This document shows positions 45,281 through 61,931 of a DNA stretch of 64,000 nucleotides, piece by piece. Position numbers and translations under genes: made by a program. Where the stretch lies: the NCBI RefSeq assembly GCF_009914755.1, contig NC_060930.1; one strand, given 5' to 3'. The number at the start of each line of letters is the position of its first letter. The first letter of the stretch is position 1. The notes beneath the pieces were generated by a model. That model was given only the letters and a program-made list of their open reading frames with translations. It made no database searches and had not been told where the DNA came from. The DNA comes from the human T2T-CHM13v2.0 reference genome, Homo sapiens.

Positions 45281-46681
45281 TGTGTCCGGAATTGGTGGGT
45301 ACTTGGTCTCACTGACTTAAAGAATGAAGCTGTGGACCCTCGCAGTGAGTGTTACAGCTCTTAAGGTGGCGTAGCTGGAGTCTGTCCCTTCTGATGTTCA
45401 GATGTGTTCGGAGTTTCTTCCTTCTGGTGGGTTTGTGGTCTCGCTGGCTCAGGAGTGAAGCTGCAGACCTTCGCGGTGAGTGTTACAGCTCTTAAGGTAG
45501 CGCGTCTGGAGTTGTTCGTTCCTCCCGGTGGGCTCATGGTCTTGCTGGGCTCAGGAGTGAAGCTGCAGATCTTCGTGGTGAGTGTTACAGCTCATAAAAG
45601 CAGCGTGGACCCAAAGACTGAGCAGTAGCAAGATTTATTGCAAAGAGCGAAAGAACAAAGCTTCCACACTGTAGAAGGGGACCCGGGTGGGTTGCCAATG
45701 CTAGCTTGGGCAGCCTGCTTTTATTCTCTTATCTGGCCCCACCCACATCCTGCTGATTGGTAGAGCCGAGTGGCCTGTTTTGTCAGGGCGCTGATTGGTG
45801 CGTTTACAATCCCTGAGCTAGATACAAAGGTTCTCCACGTCCCCATCAGATTAGTTAGATACAGAGTTTCCACACACAGGTTGTCCAAGGCCCCACCAGA
45901 GCAGCTAGATACAGTGTGTTGATTGGTGCACTCACAAACCTTGAGCTAAACACAGGGTGCTGATTGGTGTATTTACAATCCCTGAGCTAGATATAAAGAC
46001 TCTCCAGTCCCCACCAGACTCAGGAGCCCAGCTGGCTTCACCTAGTGGATCCCTCACCGGGGCTGCAGGTGGAGCTGCAGGTGGAGCTGCCTGCCAGTCC
46101 TGCGCTGTGCACTCGCATTCCTCAGCCCTTGAGTGGTCGATGCGACTGGGCGCCTTGGAGCAGCGGGTGGTGCTCGTTGGGGAGGCTCGGGCCGCACAGG
46201 AGCCCATGGAGTGGGTGGGAGTCTCAGGCATGGCGGGCTGCGGGTCCCAAGCCCTGCCCCACGGGAAGGCAGCTAAGGCTCGGTGAGAAATCGAGAGCAG
46301 TGCCGGTGGGCTGGCACTGCTGGGGGACCCAGTACACCCTCCGCAGCCACTGGCTCGGGTGCTAAGTCCCTCATTGCCTGGGGCCAGCAGGGCTGGCCGG
46401 CTGCTCCGAGTGCGGGGCCCGCCAAGCCCACGCCCACCTGGAACTCCAGCTGGCCCGCAAGCGCCGCACGCAGCCCCGGTTCCCGCTCACGCCTCTCCCT
46501 CCACACCTCCCTGCAAGCTGAGGGAGTGGGCTCCGGCCTTGGCCAGCCCAGAAAAGGGCTCCCACAGTGCAGTAGAGGGGCTGAAGGGCTCCTCAAATGC
46601 CACCAAAGTGGGAGCCCAGGCAGGGGAGGTGCCGAGAGCAAGCGAGGGCTCTGAGGACTGCCAGCACGCTGTCACCTCTTA
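45281..46681 (-). mobile_element. Solo LTR12C (ERV9), inserted in an L2-like region
   Basis: Same architecture as 16826-18245; terminal TG mutated to TA; 4-bp TSD tttg. Confidence 0.95.
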
Positions 46682-47506
46682 TTTGTTGCATTCATCTGTA
46701 GAACCCCTGTTCTCACTCACATTTTCCTTGAGGGTTTTATCTCATTCCTATATTTTCTCTAGCACTACACCCATCATCATTGCTTGTGATCTTAATGCCA
46801 CATAGATGATGCTTCAACTTCTGGCCTGTCAGTTACTTGTCCACCTTCCAATCTCAATAACTCACTTTCATGTTAATACCATAGACCTTGTCATACTAAT
46901 ACCTTTAACCATTCCATAATCATCATTTCAAGCAACCTACTCTCCAACTGCTAGCCCCTGTCTTCCTTCTCACTTTCTCTAATGTTCTTACTTCAGCAAT
47001 ACTACTCAGGACTTACTAGGGCCTGTAGTCCACCTCTTTTCACTGTCCATTACTCCCTTATATTACTTTTCACCTTTCACCATCAATTTTCTCACTTCTC
47101 TCTCCCTTACACTGTTCTGATAAAACCAGCCCAGTTATCATCCAACTCTCTTGTCAACTATGCAGGCAGCTTTCTCTACAGGCATGAGGAAAGCACCCAA
47201 TCATCTCATTTTAAATTCAAGGCTAATAACTTCAAGTGATTCTTCAGTTCTGCCAGACAGTCTAGGGTACATTTCCCTAGTATATTTATTTTCCCTCTCC
47301 TAGATGACCATATCACTCATGCTCTCTTCCCCTGAATAGACATATTTCTTTAAATGGCAATAGTATCTCTTTATTCTTATTATAAAGAAATTAATATTAC
47401 CTAGAAAATATCTGGAAAAATACAGAAAAGCTTACACATACAGTTGTATAATATACAGATTTTCTTTCAGGAGACAATCTCTTTTGTCGTTTTGATTTCT
47501 TAATAA

Positions 47507-47815
<309 letters not shown>

Positions 47816-49769
47816 CCTTCCAGTCTTTATCCAATATTCATATGTATTTTTACATAGGTAGATTGTAATATGTAAATAAGAGGGAAATATTTACATATTA
47901 CATGTGTAATATGTAAATAAGAGGGAAATATTTTCATCTTTCCCTCTTAATATTTTATAGTAATTACACTTGACTGCAATGTACCAGACTTTGTACCATC
48001 TTTTATGTGTATTATTTCTAAATTACTGTATCTTTCTAAGTATCATTATAAATTAAAAAGGTGAAATTGGTTTTATAAAGTTGAATAAAATATTAGAATC
48101 AGAATTCAAACTCAAGTCTTTCTGTTCCAAAGTATATCCTTAGAACTTTTAAAGCCTTCATAATGCTACTTAATTGCTACATAATATTTCATTGTGTGAA
48201 TATAGCATAATTTATTTAAATATTTCCTTTCCTTGGCAAATTTGGTTGTGTGCAATTTGTCACTTTTATAAATAATGTCATTGTAAACATCTTGGGAATA
48301 TATGTCGTTGCCTGAATTTAGGACTAATGTATTACAAGAAATTCCTAGAATTCATATTCGGCCAAATGGCATAAATTCTTAGCATATGGACATTTTGCTT
48401 TCCAGAAATAAACATGGCATTTCTGGCATACAGTAAACACTTTTCTTCATTGAAAAGATTTCCTACCTTTGATTAATGGGCCACAGATATAGTGCTTTAT
48501 CGATCACCTTGGAATGAATTCACTACCATTAATGATTCAGTGCAGTAAATTTTTTATTCCACCTGTAAGCCACAAAACAGTTACTTACCATAAGAATAAT
48601 TATTTTAAAAATTGATCTGATTGTGAGTCTAGATAAAAACCCCAGGGAAATATAAATTTTTTTTTTAAAAGCCCAACAAAATAATAAAAACTGTAACAAT
48701 GACAATAAAAGCAAAAATCTTCTTACCAACCCATCTGAAAATGTTTTGGTCTCTGAATAAAGAAAGTGTTATCCTTTCCCAACAAAGCGAAATTTGCCCT
48801 TTTGCGTTTTATGATGGCTGAATGTTACTCAGAGGTGAGACTTTGATCACCCTTCCCTTTTCTAGGACACGCTTTCACATTGGCAGTAACTGAAATTTAT
48901 CCAAATAGACTTTCAAAGCTCCCAAGTGTTCTAAATTTATCTCACTCAATTTCGTTGGTTTAGAAACTAGTTTGGAAATTTCACAAGGCCAACTTGTCTT
49001 CAGTAATTTCTAGTGCTTCTTGTTTGGGACAGGCTAGAAAAAGCTCTGAGACGCTGCTAAATTTGGTGCTTGGCAGAAACCATAACACACAAGGAGAAAT
49101 ACATGAAGTGTAAAACCTAAAATATCAAAACTCTTTGACATTTTAAACTAATTTCAAATATACAGAGATTAGAGAATCATAACATCTGCATAAATCAGAT
49201 GTGTGGACAACCTATATAAGTGGGAACAAAAGGAGAAGTATGAATGGGATAATAGATTTCGTGCCTTTAGTCTGCATCAATCATTTTATAAATCTGATGT
49301 CTGCATATGAATGGGGTGATTTAGCCTAAGGAAAAAAAGTCTGTATGTTTTTTTCCTACTGGTTATAAATGGTGTTAGAATTTGCCAAAAACGAACATTT
49401 AATGCACGAAACTGCAAAGAAAGACTAGAATTGTGATAAGGGCTTGAAATTGTTACTGGAAGACCTGGGCTTAAAATCCGGCCTTCACACGTGCTGCTTG
49501 ATGTGTAATCTAGGCACAATTTACTCAAATAGTCTGCATCTTCATTTCTTCATCTGTAACATGGAAATAACAATATTTACCACCCTGAATGGTTTTGAAG
49601 ATCAAAGTGAGGTAATGTTCAGGAAAGCACTGTGAAAAGTCTAAAGCCCTATATAAATATGAAGTGCTATTTTTATATTTACTAATTGCAAATTAAGAGT
49701 TCTTGGGATTAACTGAGTTCACAGGAAGTTTAAGCATTTTTTTTTGAGTGGCAGCACGGTTTATAATTT

Positions 49770-49961
49770 TTACTTTTATTTTTGTACCCATCACCCAAAC
49801 AGTATATGTTGTACCCAATAGGTAGCATTTCATCCCTTCCTCCATCCCATCCTCCCTCCTGTTGGAATCTCTAGTGTCTGTCATTCCACAACGTGTGTTT
49901 ATGCATACCCAGTGTTTGGCTCCCACTTGCAAGAGAGAACATGCAGGTTTTTACTTTCTGT
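49770..49961 (-). mobile_element. L1P 3'UTR fragment
   Basis: gtacccatcacccaaacagt...tcccacttgcaagagagaacatgc. Confidence 0.8.
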
Positions 49962-50833
49962 TAAAGAAAAATTGTATTATTTAATTTTGATAGAGAGACA
50001 TTGTTAATTAGATTGGGATGTTGTGTATGATTCTCTCTTAGGTGTAAAAGCTTAGGCAACTGTTAATGGATTTTAATTGGTTCCCCCACCACTCCTTCTC
50101 CCAGTCCGTCACAGAGGAAACACCAAAGTATTTTTTATCCAAGTGCTCTTTTCAAGTGACAGGACAAGGGGGCAGTGAAAAGTGTATTTTCACCAGTAAC
50201 ATGGACCTAGCCATGGATTTTGTACCAAAATGACATGGGAATAGGTAAGAAAATGGCTGAAGTCTAGGGATATATTTAGATGTACTACTTCCTCCTCCAC
50301 TTCAACAAGGTGGTATCACTGTGAATACAGAGTTTGGCAGAGATGATACAATAAGAAAGTGACGATTCAGTGTTTGGGAAATTCCAGGGAAGCTGGATAT
50401 TAAGGGAAAACCCATAGGTAGGTATTTGAATCCAGGTTTATTGGTGAACTGTAGACTCCCAAGCCAAGTTCCTTGGAAGGATTAGTCAACAGTGTCCTCT
50501 GATATAAAAATGTCCTTTCAGTGGCTATGTGTGCACGGCTGAGAGGAGGCTTTGACCATGGTTCTTCAAGTTACCACTAGAAATAGGTTTTTATTCAAAT
50601 ATTTATGAGTAATTGTAGTCAGTGGAAATTGTTAGTAACAGGGAGATGAATTTGGCATTGCATTTTGAAGAATGGAACAACTTAGTATTTACCCTATGAA
50701 TCTGTACTTTAAATATTTGTTAATTATCCAAATAACTTCTAGTAGATAGGCACATTTGTGGAACAAACTTTCAAAAAAATTGGTTTGTCTTCTTTCTAGA
50801 TTTTGACCAGTCTTATTAAGATCATGTTATTAT

Positions 50834-51153
<320 letters not shown>

Positions 51154-51196
51154 TTATTATTTCAAGGGTTGAATTTTCCATGCATGTATGAATTAA

Positions 51197-51638
<442 letters not shown>

Positions 51639-54600
51639 TAAGAATTCTAGCCACACAAGAGCTAATGGAGAAGTTATTATTTAATGGATTTCAGGTTTTC
51701 AAGATAAAAGTTTTGGAGATTGAACAACAGTGTGAGTGTGTTGCACACTACTAAGCTGTACATTTAAAATGGTTATGATGGTAAATTTTATGTTGTGTGT
51801 ATTTTAACACAACTTTAAAAATTAAGTTAATGGGATAAAAATAAAAGTCTCCCCTTTATCCACGTCTCAATACTACTTTCCTTCCCAAGCCTGGTTGGTC
51901 TTTTTTGATAGACTTTATTAGAGCCAAGTCAGCACCATGACTTTGAATGACATAATAGATTTTGAGAAAAAGGCAGTTGCATTTTGATCAAAATTAACTT
52001 CTTAACAAAGAATTCCATTAGTAATAGTCTTAACAACTCCATTTTTAATGGTGTAGTCTCACAGATAATTGTGAAATGAATACATTTTCATGTTCATATT
52101 ATGTTGGTATCTGATTCAGTTTTCTTAAATGGAGACGTTTAAGATCTTATGAAAGACAGAGCCACAGATACCATCACTGAGGTTTTTCCCTTCTATTACA
52201 ATTCACTCATGGACTCAAACTTATTTTAGCTTGTCATATAATTAGTGCATGTTTTGTTTTATATCGTGGACTCATGTCCATCTACCTGTTTGTTTATAAG
52301 TGGCCTCATGTCCATCTACCTGTTTGTTCCACAAAGTTCTAGAGACTTGGGTGCTCGTCTGCCTGCCTGGGTGGATCTGCCTGAATAACTGTTGCATGTC
52401 CTGTTCCTTGTTCTCTGAGTCATGCCTTCCCCAGCTGTGTGTTTTTGCCAAGACGGTGCACAAACAAGTTGTTCATTGTTAAATCTGTCAGTGGGGCCAG
52501 GACTTGAAGCTTCCACAAGCTTCAGGTGTTATTCAATTCTCTCTTTCTCATTCTTTCATTTTAAGCATTTTTGACCTCAGAAAAAAATTGTTTCAAATAC
52601 TTTTCTAGAAGGAAAACTCTCTGTGTTGAAGTTTTCCCTTAATATAATATATGTAAGTTCAGGTCTCTTCATTTGTAGATAGAGCAAATAAATATTAATT
52701 GGAAGCTTTGGCGCATACCTGATTCTCAGCAGTGTGCTCATTAGATGCTCAGTGTGAGTGAGAAGTGCAGTGTGGTTGCTAGAGATGTCATTTGAACGTA
52801 GAGGCATATTAGAGAGCTGCATGAGGGATGAGGATGGGGAGAGGGAAGCAGGAAGGGAACGCTGCTCCTCATGGCCAGAACACACCTGGAGCATGGTGGT
52901 CTTTCCTGGGCATGACCTTGATTTCAGGATGGGAAGCTTGGACTTCCAGCAGCTGGGAGAGAAAAAACAATGTCCTTCCTTAATTTAAACCTATGCATGG
53001 AACCCTTAATCTCTGTCTTCTTTAGGCAATGAGGATTATCGCAGTGAAAAAACGAACAGAGAAACCCTGGAATTTATGGAACTCACATTTTGGTTGGGAT
53101 GACAGACCATAAGAAGTAAGACAAATAAAACAGAAACAATCTTGTAGTAATTAGTGCTAGGAGGAAAAATAAGGCAGGGTGGGGAGACTGAGAGGCACAG
53201 GGGTGCGAGTTTTGAGATAGTGTTTAGGGAAGCCTATTCCAAGGAGGTGACATTTGAGTGGACCCGAATGCAGGGAGGGGTCAAGACACGGATTATCTGA
53301 GGGAGGGAAATTCCAGGTAGAAAGACTAGCAAGTGAAAAGGTCCTGAGGTGGGAATATGAGAGTAAGACGATTTCGAGGCCAAAGTGGAGTGAGCAATTA
53401 ACAGTGGCAGGAAATAGGATCAGACAGGCAGCCTAGTGCGCATGGCTTTTGCTCTGAGCATGAGGAGAACCCCTTGGAAGGTTCTGAACAGGGAAATGGT
53501 GGATCTGTTGCATAAGATCACTCTAGCTGCTGTGCAGAGAAGGTATTGTAGGAGAGCTGGAGTGGGAGAAACCATAGATGTTCAACCAATAAGAGAAGGC
53601 GTCGGGCAGGGAGAGAGGCATGCAGTTGCTTCAAATGTTTAAAGTAATTTCCTGCGTAGGAAGGATTTTTTTCTTTCATATATTGTCATGTACAAATATG
53701 CTGAAGTTATTTAAAAAATAAAGACATTTCGGTTCAAGAAAAGACCTACACTAAACTTGCTTTTCTTCTGATTATAGAAGTAACAAATGTTTCTTTTAGA
53801 AAATCTGCAAGAAAAGAGTAAAGTATAAAGAAAATATACTACTCATAATCCACTGCTCAAAAATTTTAAAAAGGAAATGACTATCAACATTTTTCTTTAT
53901 TTTTCCAGACTTTTTTTTCTGTGCATGCAAATATACATTTTATAAAAGGAAGCAGATTATTTTCTGTTATGTAGATATTTTTATACTGTTCTGTAACTCG
54001 ACTTTTTCACTTACCAATGACTGTTTCTTCATTTCATTAACTACTATATACAGCATCATTTTTAATGATTTCACTGTACCCTGTTATACATTTGAACCAT
54101 CATTTAGTAAAAATTTTGTATAGTTGGGCGATCAGATGATTTTCAGTTTTCTTTCTTTTTTGTTATTATAAATGACACTACGAAGAATATCCTTAAACAT
54201 AGATCATGGTGTATATCTCTGGTCACTTAGACAGATTGTTAGGATTACCTGCTAGAAATGTATGCACACTTTAAAGCTTCGTGATTTATATTTTAAGTTT
54301 GTACCAATTCACACTTCTACCAATTAGCACATTCCATTCATTTCCAGTTCGTATTTAGAGAAGTCTAAATTTCGAACAAAGTCCATCAGGAGGAAGAGAG
54401 TTTCCTGTCGCTGAAGGCATTTTAGTAGGTGCTGGAAATTCACTTGGATAAGAGATTATTGAGTCAAATTTGGTTGAGTATTTGAAGTGTCAGTGAGGTT
54501 TTAGAATTCTTTTCCAATTTATCTTTGAGAGTACAGGGAAAGCAAGATGGAGGAAAGATGAAAAATTCTGTTGCTTGTATTCTATTCTATAGAGATAAAT

Positions 54601-55472
54601 GAGTTGTTTTTGGTGATAGTTCACATACAGCAATAAAAAACAAAAAGTAAAACAAAAATAGGGTACTCGTAGCAATTTTCTACAACTTGTTGGATAATGG
54701 AACTAGCAGAGGCCAAGTGGGATAACAGAGTTTGGAGATAAAATTTAATAAATAAACACTCAATTTAAAATACATTTTATTTAGATTAATAAAAAGTGAA
54801 CTGTAAGTTGTTCTTAGACTTTCTCATGTGCAAAACACAGCAGCATATAACCCAAACATTGCCATCTCTATCAATTTATCAATTGGCTTACTGATTTAAT
54901 TATGCAGCAATTAACAATATTATTGAATACCCACTAATTCTAGGCAGTCTGCTGGGCTCTGGGGATATTATATCAAATAGAACATGATTCCTGCCCTCAA
55001 TAGACTTATAGCCTATGGGGAGGGAAAAGCAACCAATTCAACAATTTCAGTGTAATGAATGCTGTGATGAATATTCCATAGCATACACAGCATGCTATGA
55101 CAAACAGTGAAGGAGTATCACCGTGCAAAGATACATGGGACAGGTCATGCCTACTTACAAAAAAAGCATTGGACTGAACATGAAGAGATCTAGGTTTACA
55201 TTCTGGCCTGGATGAAGTTGTGTAAGTCATTAAATCACATTTAAAATAAATGGGAAAATTATATTTACCTAATATGGTTTTTGCAAAAAATGGAATAGAA
55301 TAGCATGTAAGAGCAACTAACACAGTAAAAGGCATGCACAAAATCTGAATAAATATTAGTCGAATCATTGAGACATATGAATAGTTCACTACACTAGATC
55401 TTCCCAAGAGGTAATTTCAAGAGAGGTCCACCAGAAACACAGAGTGAGGCAGTATTTATCAAAAGTGGAATA

Positions 55473-55842
<370 letters not shown>

Positions 55843-56689
55843 CTACATAAATCTGAGATCAAAATAATGTATTATATATGAATTTTGATGAATTTACGAT
55901 ACAAACTAAGATGCTTAACAGTCAGACAAAACCCAGAAGTTAGATGAAATCACAGGGCATATGGAGGGAGGAATTTCTGTTTGCTAATTATCCTATGCCT
56001 GGAGCAGTAGCACAGAGATTACTGCTTTGTGCCTAATGATTATGAGGGTCAAATTGTGTTTACAGATAAATAGATACAAGCATTCAGTGGGCTAAAATAC
56101 CTCTTTGAGGAAGGACAAAAGTGCTCCCAAGCAGTGGAAATGTAATAGAAGCTGTTCTAGGGTATGGCTGTGGGGGAGGCAGGATTCAGAACCCTTTTCT
56201 CTTGGAAGATGCTCCTCTGATGTACTCCAGGATGTCTCTTCTTTTTCATTACACCAAGTCTGACAAATAGAGGAAGGAGGTGCTGCCTCTCGAGCTCTGC
56301 AGTGTGCAATGAGGATACCACAGTGAACTTCCAAGTTCCGGCTTTCATGGAGCATGGAGTCTAACAGAAAACACATCTGTTAAAAAACAGCACAGAGAGA
56401 TGCCTCTTATGGATGTGGAAGTGCAGAAGACCATGACAGGTTCTAGTGAAAATGTGCTCAAGGCCTGGGGGCACCTGGCCCAGAGTTCTCTTGAAACATA
56501 GTGTAACCTCTGAGAAGTATTCTTATTGCAAATTTGTGGTCAAAGAGATAATTTTAGTTTTCATGTGGAGTGGTGATGTGGCAATTGCAGAAACTCAGGA
56601 GTCTTCATTCTGTTCTATATGGAGGTGGCCTAAGCTATTGATTTTGACCTAACATAAATTCAACTTTAAGCCCTCAAATAAATACAAGC

Positions 56690-57460
56690 AAGTAACAAAG
56701 GGGAAAAATATTTAACTTCTCTAATAATCAAATAAATGCAAATTTGGACAATTTTCTTAAACTATCAAATCAACAAAGATTTAAGTGACAATATTTACTG
56801 CTGTTAACAGTCAACAAACTATCATGGGTGGTGGAAGTGAAAACTGATATTCTTTCTGAAAAGCAATTTGGCAATATGTATTACAAGCCTTTAAAACATT
56901 CTACCGTTTGATCCATTCATTCCAATTCTAAGACTTGATCCTAAAATGAATACAAAATATAGGAGGAAAAATCATTGTATATAAACATGCCCATTGCAGA
57001 ATTACTTAGAACCTTGAAATCCTGGAAATAACCTAAATTTCTAACAACAGAATGATTGATTACATTTTGTACATCTTATGAAATCTCCATGGTATATGGG
57101 GCCAATAGAACTGATACTTATAATGATGCTTTGTCATAATGTTAATATAAAAGCTTACTTTTGGTTTCCCATGAAAGAAGCAATTCCTAAAGTAATAATG
57201 TGCTACCATTTAATTAACAATTCAGCACATTGTGCTGTGTGACATCTAGTACTGTGGGTTTAACTTTTAAAATATGCACTGTTAATTAATACCATTGCAA
57301 CTATGTAAAAATTATAAATCAAAAACTTTGCAAAATAAAGACGGGAAAGAAATGCACCAATTTTTATTAACAATGACTATTAGTAGTGGGATGTATGATT
57401 TTTTTCCTTTCCTTTTTCTTCATTTTTCAAAAATGCCCAAATTACTGTATATTACTTTTA
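56690..57460 (+). mobile_element. Old L1M(E) 3' fragment
   Basis: ctaataatcaaataaatgcaaatt...ctttctgaaaagcaatttggcaatatg. Confidence 0.65.
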
Positions 57461-57984
57461 GAATGGACATATGGACATCAAGCCTGAGGGTGTTTCTTCC
57501 TTTTCTTAAAAAGAAGTCCTGTTTTCTGTTCTGTTAGTGAAGAAACATGGTCTTTGGTGACAAGAAAGCCTGAAGCATTGACTTAATAAATAGGCCTTTA
57601 ATGACTTAAAAAAGTCAGAGACCCATAGATTCTCAGGGTTGAAAGGTCACTGATTTCAAGTCAGTACTGCTGATTCCAGAACAAGTAGATAATTATTTAT
57701 CAAGTGCTTACTATGTATAAAGCCCCCTGTGCAACAGTTGCCCACCTGCCTTCCATTGAGAATTCCTACTCATTTGTTTTTCCAGAAAAGAAACCAGCAT
57801 CACCTGCTTTACATAGACTTCCTTGACATTCATCTGTGTCCCCTATCCCCTGTTTCAGGTGATCTGGGCTAGGGCTCCTTCCGTCTGTTTCAGAGGTCAG
57901 TTATTTCAAGCTTTCTGAGGGCAAGAACTACATCCCCAGCTCCTGGCACATGGTGAACACATAGACTGTTCAATGAATAAGTGA

Positions 57985-58296
<312 letters not shown>

Positions 58297-60140
58297 TGAA
58301 TAATTTTTGGAGACAGTATTTTAGGTGTTCTGGAAAGATACAAAGTAGTGTGAGAAATAGTATTTGCTCTTAAAGATGTTATGAATAATTATAATGCAAA
58401 AAGCCAATTAACAGTGCATATTTAAAAACTAAAAAAGGACATCAATAGATGTCACATGGTTCAGTGTACTTATTAAATAAAGGGTAACATGATTAATGCT
58501 TTTGGGGTAGCGTTGTTCATCAGAAATAAAAAAATACTGAGAAAAATCAAATGGCTTAAATATACACTTTCATATGATTAAATTACTTGGTTTTATTTTA
58601 TAATTTTTAATCAGCAAAGCAATACACTAATAATTATATCTTCTCCATACCCAAATATACAAAATTATTAAGAAACATCTTTCCTTTTTTTTTTTTTTTT
58701 ACAATGACTAATCTCCCAGTTGACTTGTAGTTGAACAAGGGCCAGAAAATTTAATGTCTTGCCTAAAACACTTTTCTTTTGGGTGAGATTGTGTGACTCT
58801 TAGTCTTTATTCGTTATTAGGTTATCTACGACATAAGTAAATAACAATTCTAAAAAGTTCAGCTCTTCAGATGGTTTGTGAGTGGTAGAAAAGAACTTAG
58901 ATCAGTAAGCATGAATTTCCTTTTTTGTATTTTGGAATTGCATGTACTCCTGAATGGAGAGAAATAGGCCTCCTTCTCTCGTCTTCTTTTGCAAGGAGGT
59001 TTATATATTACTGCAGTGAGTAACCAAGAGGATCCTCTCATGGGTTTTTCCCTCCACTGAGTGAATGACTTGACAAATTTTCCAGGTTATGTCAATTTAC
59101 CTGCAGCCTCCTGCACTACAAAGGCAGTGACACTGAGAGTATACTTTCCAACCTTTATATTGCTTTTCAATGTAAATGATGCTAATATTTTAAATTGTGA
59201 TAACTTAGACAAATTAAGTGGACAAAATGTACTCTACTTGCATATGCCCTTTATTCTAAACATAGACCATAGTCTTCTGGAGCCCTGAATAAATGGTAGT
59301 AGAATTCAGATATGCAAGATCTAGAACTTGGGTTCCTTACTATAATGGGTAGAACATGACTTAGACTAAATATATCTGTCTATAAATATCTCTGAATAAC
59401 ATAGATGTAGGCATTTTTCATTATGCAAAAAAGAATATTTATAACACTGTCTATCAGAAACCTAGATGCTAACTCTAAACCAAGAGGAATATTGTAATTA
59501 TTTAAATGCTCCCTAGGAAAATGTGTTATACGGTTTGAACAATTAGGGGAGATATCAACAAAGAAATCACTTCTAGTAGAAAATTGTAAATAATGAATTT
59601 TATTCAAACAAGCAAGACCCTGACTTACTATAAAGTAAGCATCAATTACACATACAGTTTAATATTTTATTATAACATTTGCATTAGGATGGCAGTAAGC
59701 TGGGCTCCAGAGCATTAATTCACATGGCATATTGGACTTTTGGCTACCTTGCCCCATGTCCTTCAGGGGCTCTTCAGGGTGATGATGAGATGATGTTCCT
59801 TGTCAAATCTTGGGAAAATGAGGGCTGTTTCAGTGTGTAGGAGTCTTGAAATCTCAGGAGAGCACCATGGTATAGGAATTATTTTTACTAGAAGCCAAAG
59901 AACATCTACAGTGTTGGAAACATTGAGAAACTAGACTTCCCAGAGGATGAAGAATAGGCTGGGGAGGAAATTGGACACTAGGCTACCTGAGGTCAAGATG
60001 AAGATTCAGTGGCGTTCCTAATACGTGCTTTCCAACCTCTGAGGAGCTACTCTAGGGAGGAAGAAGCAGCCCACAAAGACTGTTTTCTTCAGAAGACAGC
60101 ACCCAGATCAGTGGATGGATATAAATATTAAATCAAAGGC

Positions 60141-60298
60141 TTTTCTTTTCTTTTCCTTTCTTTGCTTTCCTTTCTTTATCCCTTCCTTCCTTCCTTCCTT
60201 CCTTCCTTCCTTCCTTCCTTCCTTCTTCCTTCTTCTTCCTTTCTCTTTTTTCTTAGAGACGAGGTCTCACTCTGTTGCCCTGGCTGGAATGCAGTGGT
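60141..60298 (-). repeat. (CCTT)n/pyrimidine tract plus an Alu 3' fragment
   Basis: Read directly from the sequence. Confidence 0.85.
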
Positions 60299-61150
60299 GA
60301 AACATTTTCCTACTTCAGCTCCCTCTTACTCTTGAGAATGTCTCATCTTCTCAGATTCATTTCAGATAGCTTTGAGAATCCTCTGGACAAAGTTTCATGT
60401 TTGGAAGAGGCTTCTCAGCTACTCTCTGTGTTCTGTCCAGCATGTGTCTCCTCTCTAGTTCTGATTCACTGTGGCAATATCATTGGTTGAGGCCACTGAT
60501 TGATCAAAAACCTAGAGCCACTTCATGACATACTTCCTTCTTTCCAAATGCAGCTGTAGGCTACTCCTGCTGTCTACTCAAAGAAGAATTCTAGCCCTGA
60601 TATGCTGCCTGTAGTCGACTTGTGTCTAAACCCCAATATAAGCTGTATACAGTAGATTAGGATTAACCTGTGATCCTAACATCTTATGTAGAGATTTGCG
60701 TTATTGTTTCTTCTCTTCAGTGTACATGTTGTGTCAAAGAACTCAGTATTGAGTGCCTGGCGGCTAGAGGAATATATGAAAAACTGACAATGTGATGTGG
60801 TGTATTCAAATTGGCCCCACCCTCTGACACCATCTTATTGTCTTTGAGTCAAACCTTTGTTTCCTGAATCTCTCTTCCATGGGTTAGCCTGACTCTACTA
60901 CTTCCACTGGCTTGAGAGACACATCTGAATCCTAGGGTTGTCATAGCACATGTCCTAAAATTTAGAATTCTGATACATAAGGAAAAATGTTTTAATAGTT
61001 AGAGTTAGCTTCTCAAGTGGAATGTGGTAGCTCGAGAAAGAATAACCCTCCTTCCAATAGAAATATGCAAACAGAGGCTCAGCACCTATGTGAGGGATGT
61101 TAGGGAAATAATTCTGTTTGAAGGAAAGGCAGAAGTGTGGACTAAGTATC

Positions 61151-61931
<781 letters not shown>

